From Candidatus Altiarchaeota archaeon (GTDB lineage Archaea; Altiarchaeota; Altiarchaeia; IMC4; SCGC-AAA252-I15): DNA of 57,532 nucleotides. Positions 54,797-57,532 of this stretch are shown here, piece by piece; the stretch's first letter is position 1; every line of letters begins with the position of its first letter. A model generated the notes under the pieces. That model was not told where the DNA came from, did no database searches, and saw only the letters and a list, made by a program, of their open reading frames with translations. The stretch spans positions 1 to 57,532 of the forward strand of contig JBDRLL010000012.1 of the NCBI GenBank assembly GCA_043813075.1, in the 5' to 3' direction. Made by a program: the position numbers and the translations under genes.

Positions 54797-57214
54797 ATGG
54801 CCGGAAGAAACTCTGAATTCATATTATGGTTTAATCAACTGACTATCGAAGACGTGCCTCTTGTGGGGGGTAAAAACGCATCGCTCGGTGAGATGTATCA
54901 GAACCTCATTCCCAGGGGAGTAAAGGTGCCGAACGGTTTTGCAATAACTGCCACAGCATACAAGTACCTGCTTGAAAAGGCGGGGATACAAGAAAAGATC
55001 AGGGAAATCCTATCTGACCTGGACACCAAGGACATGGAAAACCTGGCGGATAGGGGTCATAGAGTGCGCGACCTCATAAGGAACAGTGAATTCCCGGTGG
55101 AGCTCAGGGATTCCGTCATTAACGCATACAACAAGCTCTGTGAGGAGTACGGCAGCCACTGCGACGTCGCCGTGCGGTCTTCCGCGACCGCAGAAGACCT
55201 TCCTGACGCCTCTTTCGCAGGACAGCAGGAGACCTACCTGAACATAAGAGGAGAATCACAGCTTATAGACGCATGCAAGAAGTGTTTCGCAAGCCTATTC
55301 ACCAATAGGGCGATATCATACCGTGTAGACAAGGACTTCGACCACTTTAACGTATACCTGTCGATAGGCGTCCAGAAGATGGTTAGGTCAGACAAGGCTT
55401 GTTCCGGCGTGATGTTCTCTATAGACACTGAGTCTGGATTCAAGGAAGTCGTATTCATAACTGGAGCCTACGGCCTCGGAGAGAACGTAGTTCAGGGCGC
55501 CGTCACACCAGATGAATACTATGTGTTCAAGCCGACGCTAAAGCAGGGGAAAAGGCCTATTATAAGCAAAAAGGTCGGGGCCAAGAGGATAAAGATGGTG
55601 TATTCCACTGATGGCAACAAGCTGACCAAGAACATCGAGGTTCCTGAGGGGGAGAGGAAGAAGTTTGTCTTGACTGATGACGAGGTAATAACGCTTTCAG
55701 AGTGGGCGGTCGTTATAGAGGAGCATTATAGCTCAAAGGCAGGTCACTACAAGCCGATGGATATGGAGTGGGCTAAAGACGGAGAAACAAACTCATTATA
55801 CATTGTACAGGCACGTCCGGAGACTGTTGTTTCCCAGAGGAAATCCAATAGGCTAGAGCATTATATACTCGACGAGAAGGGCTCGGTACTTGTTGAAGGG
55901 GAATCTGTAGGTGACAGGATAGGCTCTGGTAGTGTTCATGTGATTAAGGACGTGCATGACATAGGCAGATTCAAGGAGGGTGAAGTCCTGGTGACTGACA
56001 TGACTGATCCTGACTGGGAGCCCATAATGAAGATAGCCGCCGCAATAGTCACTAACAGGGGGGGTAGGACATGCCATGCGGCGATAATATCGAGGGAGCT
56101 GGGCATACCATGTGTTATCGGCACTGAAAACGGCACTGAAGTACTGAAGACGGGCAATAAAGCCACAGTCTCATGTGCTGAGGGCGAGAAGGGTTTCGTT
56201 TATGGTGGAAATCTAAAATTCCATGTTGACGAGATAGATGTCGACAACATACCTGACACCAAGACTAAGATAATGATGAACGTCGGAATACCTGAAAACG
56301 CGTTTGAACAGTCATTCATACCAAACGACGGCGTCGGGCTTGCCAGGGAAGAGTTCATAATAAACAGCTACATCGGGATACACCCAAACGCCCTCATGGA
56401 CTATGATAAGCTGGAGGATGGCGAGGTCAAGGAGAAGATAGATGAAATAACCTTCGGATACGATGACAAGACCCAATTCTACGTGGACAGACTTGCGATG
56501 GGAATCGCACACATAGCCGCCGCATTCTATCCTAAAGACGTTATATTAAGGTTCAGCGACTTCAAGTCCAATGAATACGCAAACCTGATTGGAGGAAAGC
56601 TCTACGAACCATCAGAACACAACCCGATGATAGGCTGGCGTGGCGCATCCCGCTACTATGACGATAAATTTCGGAAAGCCTTCGCCCTGGAATGCAAGGC
56701 AGTCAAGAAAGTGAGGGATGACATGGGACTCACGAACCTCAAAGTCATGATACCCTTCTGCAGGACTGTTGATGAAGGCAAGGCTGTTATCAAAGAGATG
56801 AAAAGTAACGGGCTTAAACAGGGTGAAAACGGCCTTGAGGTCTACGTAATGTGCGAGATACCATCGAACGTCATACTTGCAGACCAGTTCAGCGAGATAT
56901 TCGACGGGTTCAGCATAGGCAGCAACGACCTGACGCAGCTGACTCTCGGATTGGACCGTGACTCCGACATCGTAGCCCACTTGTTTGACGAGAGGAATGA
57001 TGCAGTCAAACGCATGGTCTCGCAGGTGATAAAGGTTGCCAACGAGAAGGGCAGGAAGATAGGGATATGCGGTCAGGCCCCATCAGATTACCCTGAATTC
57101 GCAGAGTTTTTAGTGGAGTGCGGTATTAACAGCATAAGCCTGAATCCGGATACTGTAATCAAGACCCGCCTGAGGATTGCTGAAAAGGAAAAGCAGATGG
57201 GGATAAGCAAGTGA
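54797..57214 (+). CDS. ppsA: Phosphoenolpyruvate synthase
   Basis: VGGKNASLGE, AVRSSATAED, GGRTCHAAI (phospho-His), NPMIGWRGA, GSNDLTQ, ICGQ. Confidence 0.97.
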   Translation: MAGRNSEFILWFNQLTIEDVPLVGGKNASLGEMYQNLIPRGVKVPNGFAITATAYKYLLEKAGIQEKIREILSDLDTKDMENLADRGHRVRDLIRNSEFPVELRDSVINAYNKLCEEYGSHCDVAVRSSATAEDLPDASFAGQQETYLNIRGESQLIDACKKCFASLFTNRAISYRVDKDFDHFNVYLSIGVQKMVRSDKACSGVMFSIDTESGFKEVVFITGAYGLGENVVQGAVTPDEYYVFKPTLKQGKRPIISKKVGAKRIKMVYSTDGNKLTKNIEVPEGERKKFVLTDDEVITLSEWAVVIEEHYSSKAGHYKPMDMEWAKDGETNSLYIVQARPETVVSQRKSNRLEHYILDEKGSVLVEGESVGDRIGSGSVHVIKDVHDIGRFKEGEVLVTDMTDPDWEPIMKIAAAIVTNRGGRTCHAAIISRELGIPCVIGTENGTEVLKTGNKATVSCAEGEKGFVYGGNLKFHVDEIDVDNIPDTKTKIMMNVGIPENAFEQSFIPNDGVGLAREEFIINSYIGIHPNALMDYDKLEDGEVKEKIDEITFGYDDKTQFYVDRLAMGIAHIAAAFYPKDVILRFSDFKSNEYANLIGGKLYEPSEHNPMIGWRGASRYYDDKFRKAFALECKAVKKVRDDMGLTNLKVMIPFCRTVDEGKAVIKEMKSNGLKQGENGLEVYVMCEIPSNVILADQFSEIFDGFSIGSNDLTQLTLGLDRDSDIVAHLFDERNDAVKRMVSQVIKVANEKGRKIGICGQAPSDYPEFAEFLVECGINSISLNPDTVIKTRLRIAEKEKQMGISK

Positions 57215-57218
57215 GTGA

Positions 57219-57532
57219 CTAATTGCCGCGGGCCTTGTCTAGATCTGCCTTAGCCTTTAGCAGACGAACAACCACCTCATCAGGGTCTTGGTCCATGAGA
57301 TGGCTTATAATTGAGACTATCCTCTCGGTCTCGATAGCATAAGACGATTCATCAGCTTCGGTCGTGAAGTTAAGCCAGTCCTCCCGTATCTCCCTGACAA
57401 TCCGCAACAGCTTATCCTTCTTCAACACGATATCCTCGTACTTATCCTTGAAGCCAACTGTAAAAGCCCTTAGTATGTCCTCACGCTCACTGCCGGTTCG
57501 GAAGGATGGTATGTACTTCAGGTTGTTCAACT
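57219..57532 (-). CDS. C-terminal part of a hypothetical protein (start outside the window)
   Basis: Open frame to the window edge, convergent with ppsA. Confidence 0.55.
   Translation of the reverse strand, partial: LNNLKYIPSFRTGSEREDILRAFTVGFKDKYEDIVLKKDKLLRIVREIREDWLNFTTEADESSYAIETERIVSIISHLMDQDPDEVVVRLLKAKADLDKARGN

Overview
Gene-dense archaeal chromosomal segment of about 50% GC, with GGTGA-type ribosome-binding sites, TATA-like promoters and a tRNA-Lys(UUU) lacking encoded CCA. The many Thr-rich and Cys-rich surface proteins are consistent with an Altiarchaeota/DPANN-like host, but this is inference only. The left half holds housekeeping genes (thrC, nth, pssA-psd, trxA, KaiC-like ATPase), a short histone missed by the ORF track, and a block of secreted Cys/Thr-rich proteins (M64-like and papain-like proteases, a degenerate DNase I-like protein, a vWA protein). 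The right half holds an isoprenoid supercluster: ipk, UbiD-type AMPD, the two aconitase-X PMDh subunits, mvk, GGPP synthase and fni. The two strongest candidates for novelty are (1) a Thermoplasma-type mevalonate-3-kinase-like gene directly upstream of mvk, inside a genome that also has the Aeropyrum-type 'archaeal' mevalonate route, and (2) an unannotated, extensively base-paired ~190-nt putative ncRNA at 52717-52907 with its own TATA-like box and operator-like palindrome. No CRISPR array, rRNA, transposase or integrase was seen. All family calls come from motif recognition by eye; no searches were run.
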